Source of the DNA: an uncultured Pelagibacteraceae bacterium
GTDB lineage: Bacteria > Pseudomonadota > Alphaproteobacteria > Pelagibacterales > AG-422-B15
Assembly (NCBI GenBank): GCA_902614655.1
Contig: CACMLX010000001.1
Span: 69,127-133,126 of the forward strand
Direction: 5' to 3'
DNA length: 64,000 nt
In this document: positions 53,822 to 61,753 of the stretch, piece after piece
Numbering within the stretch: position 1 is the stretch's first letter
Layout: every line of letters begins with the position of its first letter
Made by a program: the position numbers and the translations under genes
The notes under the pieces: generated by a model
Seen by the model: only the letters and a program-made list of their open reading frames with translations
The model's database searches: none
Told to the model about the DNA's origin: nothing

Positions 53822-53935
53822 TTTTTTACCTCTATTTATATTTTTTTCGAGTTTCACAGCAAACAAAAAAACCGCATCATAATACATAATGTGCGGCTGA
53901 TGGCTTAGCTGTATAAGTCCGCAAGCTGTATTAAA
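53822..53935 (-). promoter_or_regulatory. structured metY 5' leader; candidate SAM-responsive riboswitch (SAM-II/SAM-V class)
   Basis: The leader contains competing short helices. GCUU (53926-53923) pairs with AAGC (53906-53903). GCGG (53922-53919) pairs with CCGC (53896-53893), and that CCGC is also the 5' arm of the terminator stem. An AUACAGCU 8-mer occurs twice. The class assignment rests on knowledge of Pelagibacter metY leaders, not on a verified consensus match. Confidence 0.45.
53865..53896 (-). terminator. intrinsic-terminator-like hairpin plus U7 tract inside the metY leader (attenuator)
   Basis: Minus-strand RNA CCGCA-CAU-UAUGUAUU-AUG-A-UGCGG followed by UUUUUUU (plus-strand A7 at 53865-53871). 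It lies 44 nt upstream of the metY start. No upstream gene on this strand would need terminating here. Confidence 0.6.
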
Positions 53936-54082
53936 CTTGACTTTATATTGAATAACACTCTATGACTTATGTAAAGCGTAATAATTTAAAAAGTATCATA
54001 ATACCAGTCATTAAATATATGAATTTATTATATAAATATATGTTGTTGACATATTTTACTGTATTCTCTAAGAAACTACAAT

Positions 54083-54547
54083 ATGACTACATCCAAGATA
54101 CTAAAGCAAACTGCGTCTCTAAGAAAAGAGGACATTAAGAAAGATTGGCTATTGATCGATGCAAAAGACATAGTCTTGGGCAGATTAGCTACAAATGTCT
54201 CAAATATTTTAAGAGGAAAGCATAAGCCTACCTATACGCCACATGTGGATTGTGGTGACAACGTTGTAATAATCAATGCTGAAAAAATTAAGCTTACGGG
54301 TAAAAAACTCGAAGACAAAACTTATTATAGACACACTGGATATCCTGGAGGAATTAAGAGCATCAACGCTAGAAAGATATTAGAGGGAAAATTTCCAGAC
54401 CGGCTTGTCAGATTAGCTGTTAAAAGAATGATCCCTAAAGGGCCACTAGGAAGAAAGCAGCTATCTAATATGAAAGTATATGTAGGAGATAAGCATCCAC
54501 ATGAGGCTCAAAATCCTAAAACATATAACATACAGGATTTAGTTTAA
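54083..54547 (+). CDS. rplM: 50S ribosomal protein L13
   Basis: W.LIDA....LGRLA......LRGKHKP.YTPH.D.GD motif; 154 aa. Confidence 0.96.
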   Translation: MTTSKILKQTASLRKEDIKKDWLLIDAKDIVLGRLATNVSNILRGKHKPTYTPHVDCGDNVVIINAEKIKLTGKKLEDKTYYRHTGYPGGIKSINARKILEGKFPDRLVRLAVKRMIPKGPLGRKQLSNMKVYVGDKHPHEAQNPKTYNIQDLV

Positions 54548-54994
54548 ATGAATGAAACTATGAATAACAATACTGAAGAAAATTTGGATAAACCCGTATT
54601 AGATAATCTTGGCAGATCTTATGCAACAGGCAAAAGAAAGAATGCTGTAGCAAGAGTATGGATAAAAGATGGATCTGGAAAAATTGTAATAAACGGTAAG
54701 GATGTAAACAAATACTTTTTAAGACCTGTTTTAAACATGCTAGTTAATCAGCCCCTCGAACTTACGAACAAAAAAATGAATGTTGACACAACAGTTACAG
54801 TTAGCGGTGGCGGAATGTCTGGTCAAGCTGGTGCTGTCAGACATGGAATTTCAAAAGCTCTAACTTTGCTAGATCCAAACTTAAGACCAATCCTTAAAAC
54901 TGAAGGTTTACTTACGAGAGACTCTCGAATTGTTGAAAGAAAAAAATATGGTAGACGTAAAGCGCGTAGACGTTTCCAATTCTCAAAAAGATAA
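54548..54994 (+). CDS. rpsI: 30S ribosomal protein S9
   Basis: [13 protein letters not shown] and the C-terminal [21 protein letters not shown] signature. Confidence 0.96.
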   Translation: MNETMNNNTEENLDKPVLDNLGRSYATGKRKNAVARVWIKDGSGKIVINGKDVNKYFLRPVLNMLVNQPLELTNKKMNVDTTVTVSGGGMSGQAGAVRHGISKALTLLDPNLRPILKTEGLLTRDSRIVERKKYGRRKARRRFQFSKR

Positions 54995-55032
54995 TTTTTT
55001 TCAAACTTCTATTTTAAAATTAAAAATTAATT

Positions 55033-56043
55033 ATGAAAAACGTAGCTATATTAGGCGCTAGTGGTTTTGTAGGACAAGAAATAATCAAAATTTGCCTCAA
55101 CCACCCCCATGTTAGGATTGTTGCTTTATCTGCAAACAAGTCAGTAGGTGAGATAGTTCAAATCCATGAATCTGCTGATATACAAACACCACTCAAATAC
55201 AAAAGCTATGAAGACATAAATTTTAGCAGTATTGATTATGTATTTAACTGCTTGCCAAATGAAAATCTTCATAAAAGAGGCGATTTATTGAAATCAGATG
55301 TCAGTATAATTGACCTTTCAGTTGATTTTAGACTTGATGATAAAAATGAGTATGAGAACTGGTATGGCTTTCAACACGGCAATTTTGAGGTAAACGATGA
55401 ATTCCAATATGGATTAACAGAGTTTAATAGAGACAAGATAAAAAAATGTAAGCATATTGCAAACCCTGGCTGCTATGCAACTAGCATCTTAATTCCACTA
55501 ATTGAACTGATAAAACAAAATGCAATTAAAACTAACGATATCGTTATAGACTCTAAGTCAGGATACTCTGGAGCAGGTAAAACAAAGGGAAAAAAAGAGT
55601 TAATTAAGGAAGTCAATGAAAATATCAGAACCTACGGTATTGGTGATCACAAGCACATAGCTGAAATAAACCAAGAACTAAGTAAAATCAAAAATATTCA
55701 AACTGAAGTTTTTTTTGCGGCTAATATATTACCAGTTGAAAGAGGTATTTTGAGTAACATATATATTGACACAAATGAGGTATCTCAAAATGATATTTAC
55801 GATATATTACAAAAAAGATTTAAAGATGAGCATTTTATACAATTGCTTCCAATGAATGAAATTCCTTCCTCTAGGCAAGTAGTTGGCACCAATAACTTGG
55901 TCATAGGATTAAAAAAGGGATATAAAGAAAATAAATTATGTATTGTTAGTGTTTTAGATAATTTGGTAAAAGGAGCTGCTGGACAAGCAGTTCAAAATTT
56001 TAATCTAATGAATGATTATGATGAAAGGTTAGGACTAGAATGA
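55033..56043 (+). CDS. argC: N-acetyl-gamma-glutamyl-phosphate reductase
   Basis: N-terminal GASGFVG and active-site NPGCYAT, with C-terminal DNL.KGAAGQAVQN.N.M. Confidence 0.93.
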   Translation: MKNVAILGASGFVGQEIIKICLNHPHVRIVALSANKSVGEIVQIHESADIQTPLKYKSYEDINFSSIDYVFNCLPNENLHKRGDLLKSDVSIIDLSVDFRLDDKNEYENWYGFQHGNFEVNDEFQYGLTEFNRDKIKKCKHIANPGCYATSILIPLIELIKQNAIKTNDIVIDSKSGYSGAGKTKGKKELIKEVNENIRTYGIGDHKHIAEINQELSKIKNIQTEVFFAANILPVERGILSNIYIDTNEVSQNDIYDILQKRFKDEHFIQLLPMNEIPSSRQVVGTNNLVIGLKKGYKENKLCIVSVLDNLVKGAAGQAVQNFNLMNDYDERLGLE

Positions 56044-56237
56044 GAAAAAATATAATAATTATTTTTAATTTATTTTTATTTTTATTTATTTTCAATGCCT
56101 GCTCATCAGCAAAAAATTTTTCTTTTTATGAGTTTTTTATCAACCCAAATGCTGCTGATCTAATTTTAGACAACCAGGTGAGTACTCAGGTACCAGATTT
56201 AGAAAGTGTACCAGAAAAGGTTGAAATCGATGAATAA
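56040..56237 (+). CDS. small hypothetical lipoprotein
   Basis: 65 aa with a signal peptide ending in the lipobox-like IFNAC. ATGA overlap with the argC stop, and its stop overlaps the hom start, so it is translationally embedded in the operon. Confidence 0.45.
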   Translation: MRKNIIIIFNLFLFLFIFNACSSAKNFSFYEFFINPNAADLILDNQVSTQVPDLESVPEKVEIDE

Positions 56238-57519
56238 AACTTATGGTGTTGGAATCGCGGGATTAGGAACAGTTGGATCGGGATTTCTCAAACAATTAAA
56301 AAATTTTAAAACACCCTCTCAAAAAACTGCTAATATCAATGTAATTAAAATTGCTGTTAAGAACTTAAGAAAAAAAAGAAGTTTATCAGTCAAGTCTCTT
56401 CCGTTAACAACCGATACAATGTCATTAGCAACAAATGACAATGTAGACATTTTAATTGAGCTCATTGGCGGCTCAAAGGGAATAGCATATAAAGTTGTCA
56501 AAAAAGCACTCCAAAATAACAAGCATGTAATTACTGCTAATAAAGCTTTGCTTGCAGTACATGGAAATGAGTTATCTAAAATTGCTGAGCAAAATAATGT
56601 TTGTCTCAATTATGAAGCAGCTATTGCTGGCGGTATACCAATTGTAAAAGCTGTAAGAGAAAATTTGCGATTTAATAAAATAAACAAAATTTATGGTATT
56701 TTGAATGGTACTTGTAACTACATTTTAACAAAGATGGAAAATAATTCGGGAGATTTTAAATATGTTTTAAATGATGCTCAAAAAAAAGGTTTTGCTGAGT
56801 TAGATCCAACATTTGATATTCAGGGTATTGATGCAGCTCATAAGATCACATTGTTATCAAGTATTGCCTTTGACATTCCTGTAAATTTTAAAGCAACTTT
56901 TATAGAAGGTATTACTAAGATTGATAAATATGATTTTGTTTTTGCAAAAGAATTAGGATACTCAATAAAATTGTTATCAGTTGCTTCTAAAAAATTAAGT
57001 AAGATTGAACAAAGAGTTCATCCTTGTTTTGTTAAACTAAAATCAGATATTGCAAAAGTGAGTAATGAGATTAATGCTGTTTTCGTAAATGACTCAGTAA
57101 TTGGAAAAAATATTTTTGAGGGCCCTGGTGCTGGAGCTGGACCAACAGGAGCCTCCGTTATGTCAGACCTTATGGATATTATAAGAGGTACTTATAATTA
57201 TCCATTGGGCGTATCAATAAAAAAGAAAAAGAAGTTAAAAATCCAGCAAATTGATGATTTATCATTCCCATATTATTTGAGAATTACAGCCAAAGATAAA
57301 GCAGGAGTAATGGCAAAAATTTCAAAAGCTCTATCAAAAAGAAAAATTTCGATCGAAAGTATAATTCAAGAGCCATCGAAAAGGTCAAATTTTGCTGAAA
57401 TTATTTTGATAACGCACACAGTTAGAGAATCTTCGCTTTTATCATCTATTAAACAGATAAAAAGATTACCAGAAGTAAGCTCATCTGTTAAATTTATCAG
57501 AATTGAAGATTCGTTATGA
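56230..57519 (+). CDS. hom: homoserine dehydrogenase
   Basis: N-terminal GVGIAGLGTVG Rossmann motif, the catalytic domain (GILNGT.NYIL) and a C-terminal ACT domain. The ATG at 56230 is preferred over the ORF-track start at 56206. Confidence 0.92.
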   Translation: MNKTYGVGIAGLGTVGSGFLKQLKNFKTPSQKTANINVIKIAVKNLRKKRSLSVKSLPLTTDTMSLATNDNVDILIELIGGSKGIAYKVVKKALQNNKHVITANKALLAVHGNELSKIAEQNNVCLNYEAAIAGGIPIVKAVRENLRFNKINKIYGILNGTCNYILTKMENNSGDFKYVLNDAQKKGFAELDPTFDIQGIDAAHKITLLSSIAFDIPVNFKATFIEGITKIDKYDFVFAKELGYSIKLLSVASKKLSKIEQRVHPCFVKLKSDIAKVSNEINAVFVNDSVIGKNIFEGPGAGAGPTGASVMSDLMDIIRGTYNYPLGVSIKKKKKLKIQQIDDLSFPYYLRITAKDKAGVMAKISKALSKRKISIESIIQEPSKRSNFAEIILITHTVRESSLLSSIKQIKRLPEVSSSVKFIRIEDSL

Positions 57520-58466
57520 CCGTAATATCAACTCAATATGCATCAGGAATTGTAGCTGCAACGGAAAAGGCTGCAATTGCATCTTCTAAATTAATTGGAC
57601 TAGGTGATGAAAAAGCAGCAGATCAAGTTGCTGTAGACGCAATGAGAACAGCTTTAAACGTAATTGATTTTGATGGCAGAATTGTTATTGGTGAGGGTGA
57701 GAGAGATGAAGCGCCAATGCTTTATATTGGTGAGAAAGTAGGAACTGGCAAAAATCACGAAGTTGATATTGCGTTAGATCCGTTAGAAGGAACTACTATA
57801 ACAGCTAAGGGCATGCCAAATTCATTATCCGTAGTAGCTGCAGCTCAAAAAGGCGGACTACTCTATGCACCAGACACTTACATGAATAAGATTGCAGTTG
57901 GCGGTAGTCTTCCAAAAGACGTAATAGATCTTGATGCAGCTGTCGAAGAAAATATAAAAAGTATCGCGGAAGCTAAAAAAGTTAAAATTAGTGAAGTAAC
58001 TGCCTGTGTTTTAGAAAGACCCAGACACGATGATATAATTGAATCTTTAAGAACAATCGACTCAAAAATTGTTCTTATTCCTGATGGTGATGTAGCGGGA
58101 GTAATTATGACAACACAAGAACATAATCCAGTTGATATTTACCTTGGCATCGGCGGGGCTCCTGAAGGTGTTTTGGCAGCTGCAGCGCTGCAATGCATTG
58201 GTGGTCAAATGCAAACTAGACTCGTAATAAATAATAACGATGAAAAAAAGAGAGCTGAAAAGATTGGTATTAAAGATCTAGAAAAAAAATATAATCTTAA
58301 TGAACTTGCACACGGTGATATTATCTTTTCTGCTACAGGTGTAACAGAAGGTACTATGGTTAGAGGAGTAAGATCAGACAGCAGTCACTACATAACCCAT
58401 TCACTAGTTCTTAGAACTGGCGAAGCCTCATCTCAGTATATCGAGACTTATCACAAAAAAGATTAA
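57516..58466 (+). CDS. glpX: class II fructose-1,6-bisphosphatase GlpX
   Basis: GlpX pattern (AAIASSKLIGLGDEKAADQ.AVDAMR, GEGERDEAPML, DPLEGT); 316 aa. Confidence 0.92.
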   Translation: MTVISTQYASGIVAATEKAAIASSKLIGLGDEKAADQVAVDAMRTALNVIDFDGRIVIGEGERDEAPMLYIGEKVGTGKNHEVDIALDPLEGTTITAKGMPNSLSVVAAAQKGGLLYAPDTYMNKIAVGGSLPKDVIDLDAAVEENIKSIAEAKKVKISEVTACVLERPRHDDIIESLRTIDSKIVLIPDGDVAGVIMTTQEHNPVDIYLGIGGAPEGVLAAAALQCIGGQMQTRLVINNNDEKKRAEKIGIKDLEKKYNLNELAHGDIIFSATGVTEGTMVRGVRSDSSHYITHSLVLRTGEASSQYIETYHKKD

Positions 58467-58469
58467 ACC

Positions 58470-60251
58470 ATGAGAAAAGACTCTTTCGACGAAGATTTTT
58501 TTTCTCTAACAAATAAAAAATGGACTTTAAAAGAATATAGCGAAAAAGATACAGAATATATTTCGCAAAGTTATGAAGTAAGCCCGCTAGTTGCGAAATT
58601 ACTTAGTATTAGAAAAGTAAATTTAGACGACGTTATTTCGTATATAAGACCTTCATTAAAAGACAGTTTGCCAGATCCATACGTTTTAGCAGATATGGAA
58701 AAAGCCTGCGAGAGACTCTATCAGGCAATAATTAATAAAGAACGAATTGCAGTATTTGGTGACTATGATGTTGATGGTTCTACATCAACTTCAACTTTAA
58801 TTAATTATTTCAAACAAATTTCAATGAATCTAAAATTTCATATACCTGATAGATTTAATGAGGGGTATGGTCCAAGTATACAAACCTTTTCAAATTTTAA
58901 AAAAAGAGATGTCAAAATTATTTTTACCGTCGATTGCGGAACAATGGCCTTTTCTGAGATCGAATATGCGAGAGAGCAAGGTATGGATGTTGTTGTCTTA
59001 GATCATCATATTCCAGAAATAAAACTACCAAAAGCAACTGCAATTATAAATCCAAACAGAATTGATGATAATTCAGGATTAAACTATCTTTCAGCAGTAG
59101 GTGTAACTTACATGTTTATCATTGGGCTTAACCGGAAATTAAGACGTGAAGATTGGTTTAAAAAAAATAACATAAAAGAGCCAAACCTTATTGCTTTATT
59201 AGACCTTGTTGCTTTAGGAACTGTTTGTGATGCTGTTCCACTAAAAGGATTAAATCGAATTCTAGTTTCAAAAGGAATAGACGTAATTCAAAAACGATTA
59301 AATCCAGGTTTAAATTCATTGATTGAAAAATCAAATATAAAATCAAAAGTGTCTGTTCATGATCTTGGTTTCAAGATAGGTCCAAGAATTAATGCCGGCG
59401 GAAGATTAGGCTTTTCAAACTTTGGCACTAACTTATTGACTGAAAGTGAAAAAAGTAAAATCGATAGTATTTCAAACGATTTAGATAAATTTAATTCTGA
59501 GAGACGCACAATAGAAAGTTATGTTTTAGATCAAGCCATCACCCAAGTTGATGATAAAAAACTAAAAAATAAACTACTAATTGTATCTGGTGAAGGATGG
59601 CATGAGGGGGTAATTGGCATTATTGCAAGTCGACTTAAAGATAAATTTAATAAGCCTAGCATTGTTTTCTCGATAAATAATGGCGAAGCTAAAGGTTCCG
59701 GACGCTCAATAAAAGGCATCGATCTTGGACAGTTAGTTATTTCTGCTGTTCAAAGTAATTTGCTTAAGAAAGGCGGAGGACACTCTATGGCAGCTGGATT
59801 AACAATAGAGTCTGAAAAGATAGAAGAATTGGAAAATTTTTTTGAGAAGCAATTGACCAATAAAATTATCGATACTAAAGATAATAAAATTTTATTTGCT
59901 GATGACATTTTAAGTACATCAGCAATTAATTTAGATGTTCATGAGGAAATTGAAAAAATTGGTCCCTTTGGATCAGAGAATCCTGAACCATCTTTTATTT
60001 TTAAAAATGTGATACTAGCGACTGTTGATCAAATAGGTGAGGAGCATTTTAAATGCCTTATTAAATCTGATGGAGGAAAATTTATTGAAGCAATGGCTTT
60101 TAGAAGTACAAAAACTCAGCTTGGAGAAGAATTAATAAAAAATAAAGGCTCATCAGTTTGCTTATTCGGTAAAATAAAGATCAATGAGTGGGGGGGTAAA
60201 AAAATACCTCAAATACATATTATTGATATTTCCGCATCACAAAATAGTTAA
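58470..60251 (+). CDS. recJ: single-stranded-DNA-specific exonuclease RecJ
   Basis: DHH motifs (FGDYDVDG, DCG, VLDHH) and the DHHA1 motif GGGHSMAAG; 593 aa. Confidence 0.93.
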   Translation: MRKDSFDEDFFSLTNKKWTLKEYSEKDTEYISQSYEVSPLVAKLLSIRKVNLDDVISYIRPSLKDSLPDPYVLADMEKACERLYQAIINKERIAVFGDYDVDGSTSTSTLINYFKQISMNLKFHIPDRFNEGYGPSIQTFSNFKKRDVKIIFTVDCGTMAFSEIEYAREQGMDVVVLDHHIPEIKLPKATAIINPNRIDDNSGLNYLSAVGVTYMFIIGLNRKLRREDWFKKNNIKEPNLIALLDLVALGTVCDAVPLKGLNRILVSKGIDVIQKRLNPGLNSLIEKSNIKSKVSVHDLGFKIGPRINAGGRLGFSNFGTNLLTESEKSKIDSISNDLDKFNSERRTIESYVLDQAITQVDDKKLKNKLLIVSGEGWHEGVIGIIASRLKDKFNKPSIVFSINNGEAKGSGRSIKGIDLGQLVISAVQSNLLKKGGGHSMAAGLTIESEKIEELENFFEKQLTNKIIDTKDNKILFADDILSTSAINLDVHEEIEKIGPFGSENPEPSFIFKNVILATVDQIGEEHFKCLIKSDGGKFIEAMAFRSTKTQLGEELIKNKGSSVCLFGKIKINEWGGKKIPQIHIIDISASQNS

Positions 60252-60298
60252 TCAATTATTGATTTAGACCGATTATTAGATATATAAATAAGATATAA

Positions 60299-60374
60299 GG
60301 TCCCTTCGTCTAGCGGTTAGGATATCTGGTTTTCATCCAGAAGATCACGGGTTCGAATCCCGTAGGGACCGCCA
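60299..60374 (+). tRNA. tRNA-Glu (anticodon UUC), including encoded CCA
   Basis: Acceptor GGTCCCT/AGGGACC, D-arm GTC-TAGCGGTTAG-GAT, anticodon arm TCTGG-TTTTCAT-CCAGA, T-arm ACGGG-TTCGAAT-CCCGT, G and CCA, followed by CTTTTTT. Confidence 0.93.
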
Positions 60375-60461
60375 CTTTTTTGACCTTATCTGTGACAAAA
60401 TGTCAGTAAAACATTAATTTTATAGTATTTAATTTCTATAAATAAATCTTATCTATTCAGT

Positions 60462-61130
60462 ATGACCGAAATGTTTAAACACTATAAACCGGTAAACAAT
60501 AGTGACCGTACAGCTCTTTTATTCACAAAAGCCCTTCGTCTTTTCGCTGATCTTTTCTTTAAAAAACGTTACGGGCACAGAGCGGTTATACTAGAGACTG
60601 TAGCAGCGGTTCCGGGAATGGTTGCCGGCATGCTTAATCATTTAAAAAGCCTTAGAAATATGGAGCAAGATAGAGGCTGGATCAAAACACTTTTAGATGA
60701 AGCTGAGAACGAAAGAATGCATTTAATGACTTTTATTAATATTGCAAAGCCATCAGTTTTTGAGAGATTTTTAGTGATAATAGTGCAAGGAATATTTTTT
60801 AATCTTTATTTTGTAATGTATTTAGTTTCGCCTCGCACTTGCCATAGGATTGTGGGTTATTTTGAGGAGCAAGCAATTATAAGTTATACAGAATATTTAG
60901 ATGAAATTGAAAATGGAAATATTGAAAACGTAAAAGCACCTCAGATAGCAATCGATTATTGGGGTTTATCACAGTTTGCAAAACTAAAAGATGTTATCAT
61001 TGCTGTTAGAAATGATGAGATGGGTCACCGTGATGTTAACCATGAATTTGTAACTCTTATTGATCAAAAAGACCATGAAGAGACCTATACAGATTCAAGG
61101 AAAATACTCTCAAAAGATAATACCAAATAA
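60462..61130 (+). CDS. aox: alternative oxidase (cyanide-insensitive ubiquinol oxidase, di-iron carboxylate)
   Basis: All four AOX iron-ligand regions are present: [32 protein letters not shown] and [12 protein letters not shown]; 222 aa. Confidence 0.9.
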   Translation: MTEMFKHYKPVNNSDRTALLFTKALRLFADLFFKKRYGHRAVILETVAAVPGMVAGMLNHLKSLRNMEQDRGWIKTLLDEAENERMHLMTFINIAKPSVFERFLVIIVQGIFFNLYFVMYLVSPRTCHRIVGYFEEQAIISYTEYLDEIENGNIENVKAPQIAIDYWGLSQFAKLKDVIIAVRNDEMGHRDVNHEFVTLIDQKDHEETYTDSRKILSKDNTK

Positions 61131-61137
61131 GTTTACA

Positions 61138-61551
61138 ATGTTGCAGTTTGGAATTTTTCTACATTCTTTAATTATTGGATTTATGATTTTTTTCATGTCA
61201 GTTGTAACACCATCCATATTTTCAATTTTAAACGAAGATGAGGCAGGCAAGTTATTACGAGTTATTTTTCCCAGATTGTTCATTTATGGGTTAATCATTA
61301 CTATTTTATCGTGTGCTGTTTTTTTTGTTATTAGTATGATCGATTTTCTAATTATATCATTGGTTTCCGCTGCTTTCTTTTTAATCAATCTCATTTATCT
61401 AACTCCTAGAATCAATATTTATAGAGATAAATTTAAAGGTGGTATCATTGAAGCTGAAAAAAAATTCAAAATGCTTCATTTTTTCTCAGTAGTTTTATTT
61501 ATCTCACAGCTTTTTGGATCTATCTTTATTGTATTTGTGTATTTTTATTAG
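61138..61551 (+). CDS. DUF4149 (TMEM205-like) four-TM membrane protein
   Basis: Four predicted TM helices, with the pattern SVVTPSIFSIL.....GKLLRVIFPRLF typical of DUF4149. The ATG at 61138 lies 8 nt after the AOX stop; the ORF-track start at 61060 would overlap AOX. Confidence 0.6.
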   Translation: MLQFGIFLHSLIIGFMIFFMSVVTPSIFSILNEDEAGKLLRVIFPRLFIYGLIITILSCAVFFVISMIDFLIISLVSAAFFLINLIYLTPRINIYRDKFKGGIIEAEKKFKMLHFFSVVLFISQLFGSIFIVFVYFY

Positions 61552-61560
61552 GAGGACAAT

Positions 61561-61743
61561 ATGAAAATTTTAAAAACATTTGAAGATGCAAAGCTAATTT
61601 TAGTTGATCTTGAGGTCAATCTTGGTAATCAGAAAAGAAGTGCTCCAACCTTGTGTGCGCAGTATGATGGAAAAATTATTCCCCTAAGTACAGCTCATGA
61701 TGGAAGACCTATACTTATGAATATGGATAATGCGATTGAGTAA
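61561..61743 (+). CDS. hypothetical 60-aa protein
   Basis: The ORF is preceded by an unusually strong AGGAGG 5 nt upstream of the ATG and sits 10 nt after the DUF4149 gene. I recognise no family. Confidence 0.45.
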   Translation: MKILKTFEDAKLILVDLEVNLGNQKRSAPTLCAQYDGKIIPLSTAHDGRPILMNMDNAIE

Positions 61744-61753
61744 ATAAATTTTC

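Noticed and set aside
53822-53887. A 22-codon upstream extension of metY (MYYDAVFLFAVKLEKNINRGKK).
   Set aside because: That start codon lies in the loop of the leader hairpin, and the extension runs through the U7 tract. The downstream ATG at 53821 has GAGG 8 nt upstream and gives a normal MetY N-terminus.
54046-54074. TTGACA (54046-54051) as a -35 element for rplM.
   Set aside because: The best -10 at 17-nt spacing is TAAGAA, only 3 of 6 matches. It ends 8 nt before the ATG, so there is not enough support to call a promoter.
60393-60405. The palindrome TGACA-AAA-TGTCA between tRNA-Glu and the AOX gene, as a possible operator.
   Set aside because: It has only 5-bp arms, does not fit the CRP/FNR or Fur spacing that I know, and is easily generated by chance in AT-rich DNA.
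61060-61137. A DUF4149 gene start at 61060, which would overlap the 3' end of the AOX gene by 71 nt.
   Set aside because: The extension is basic and non-hydrophobic and lies out of frame within AOX coding sequence. The ATG at 61138 begins directly at the first TM helix.
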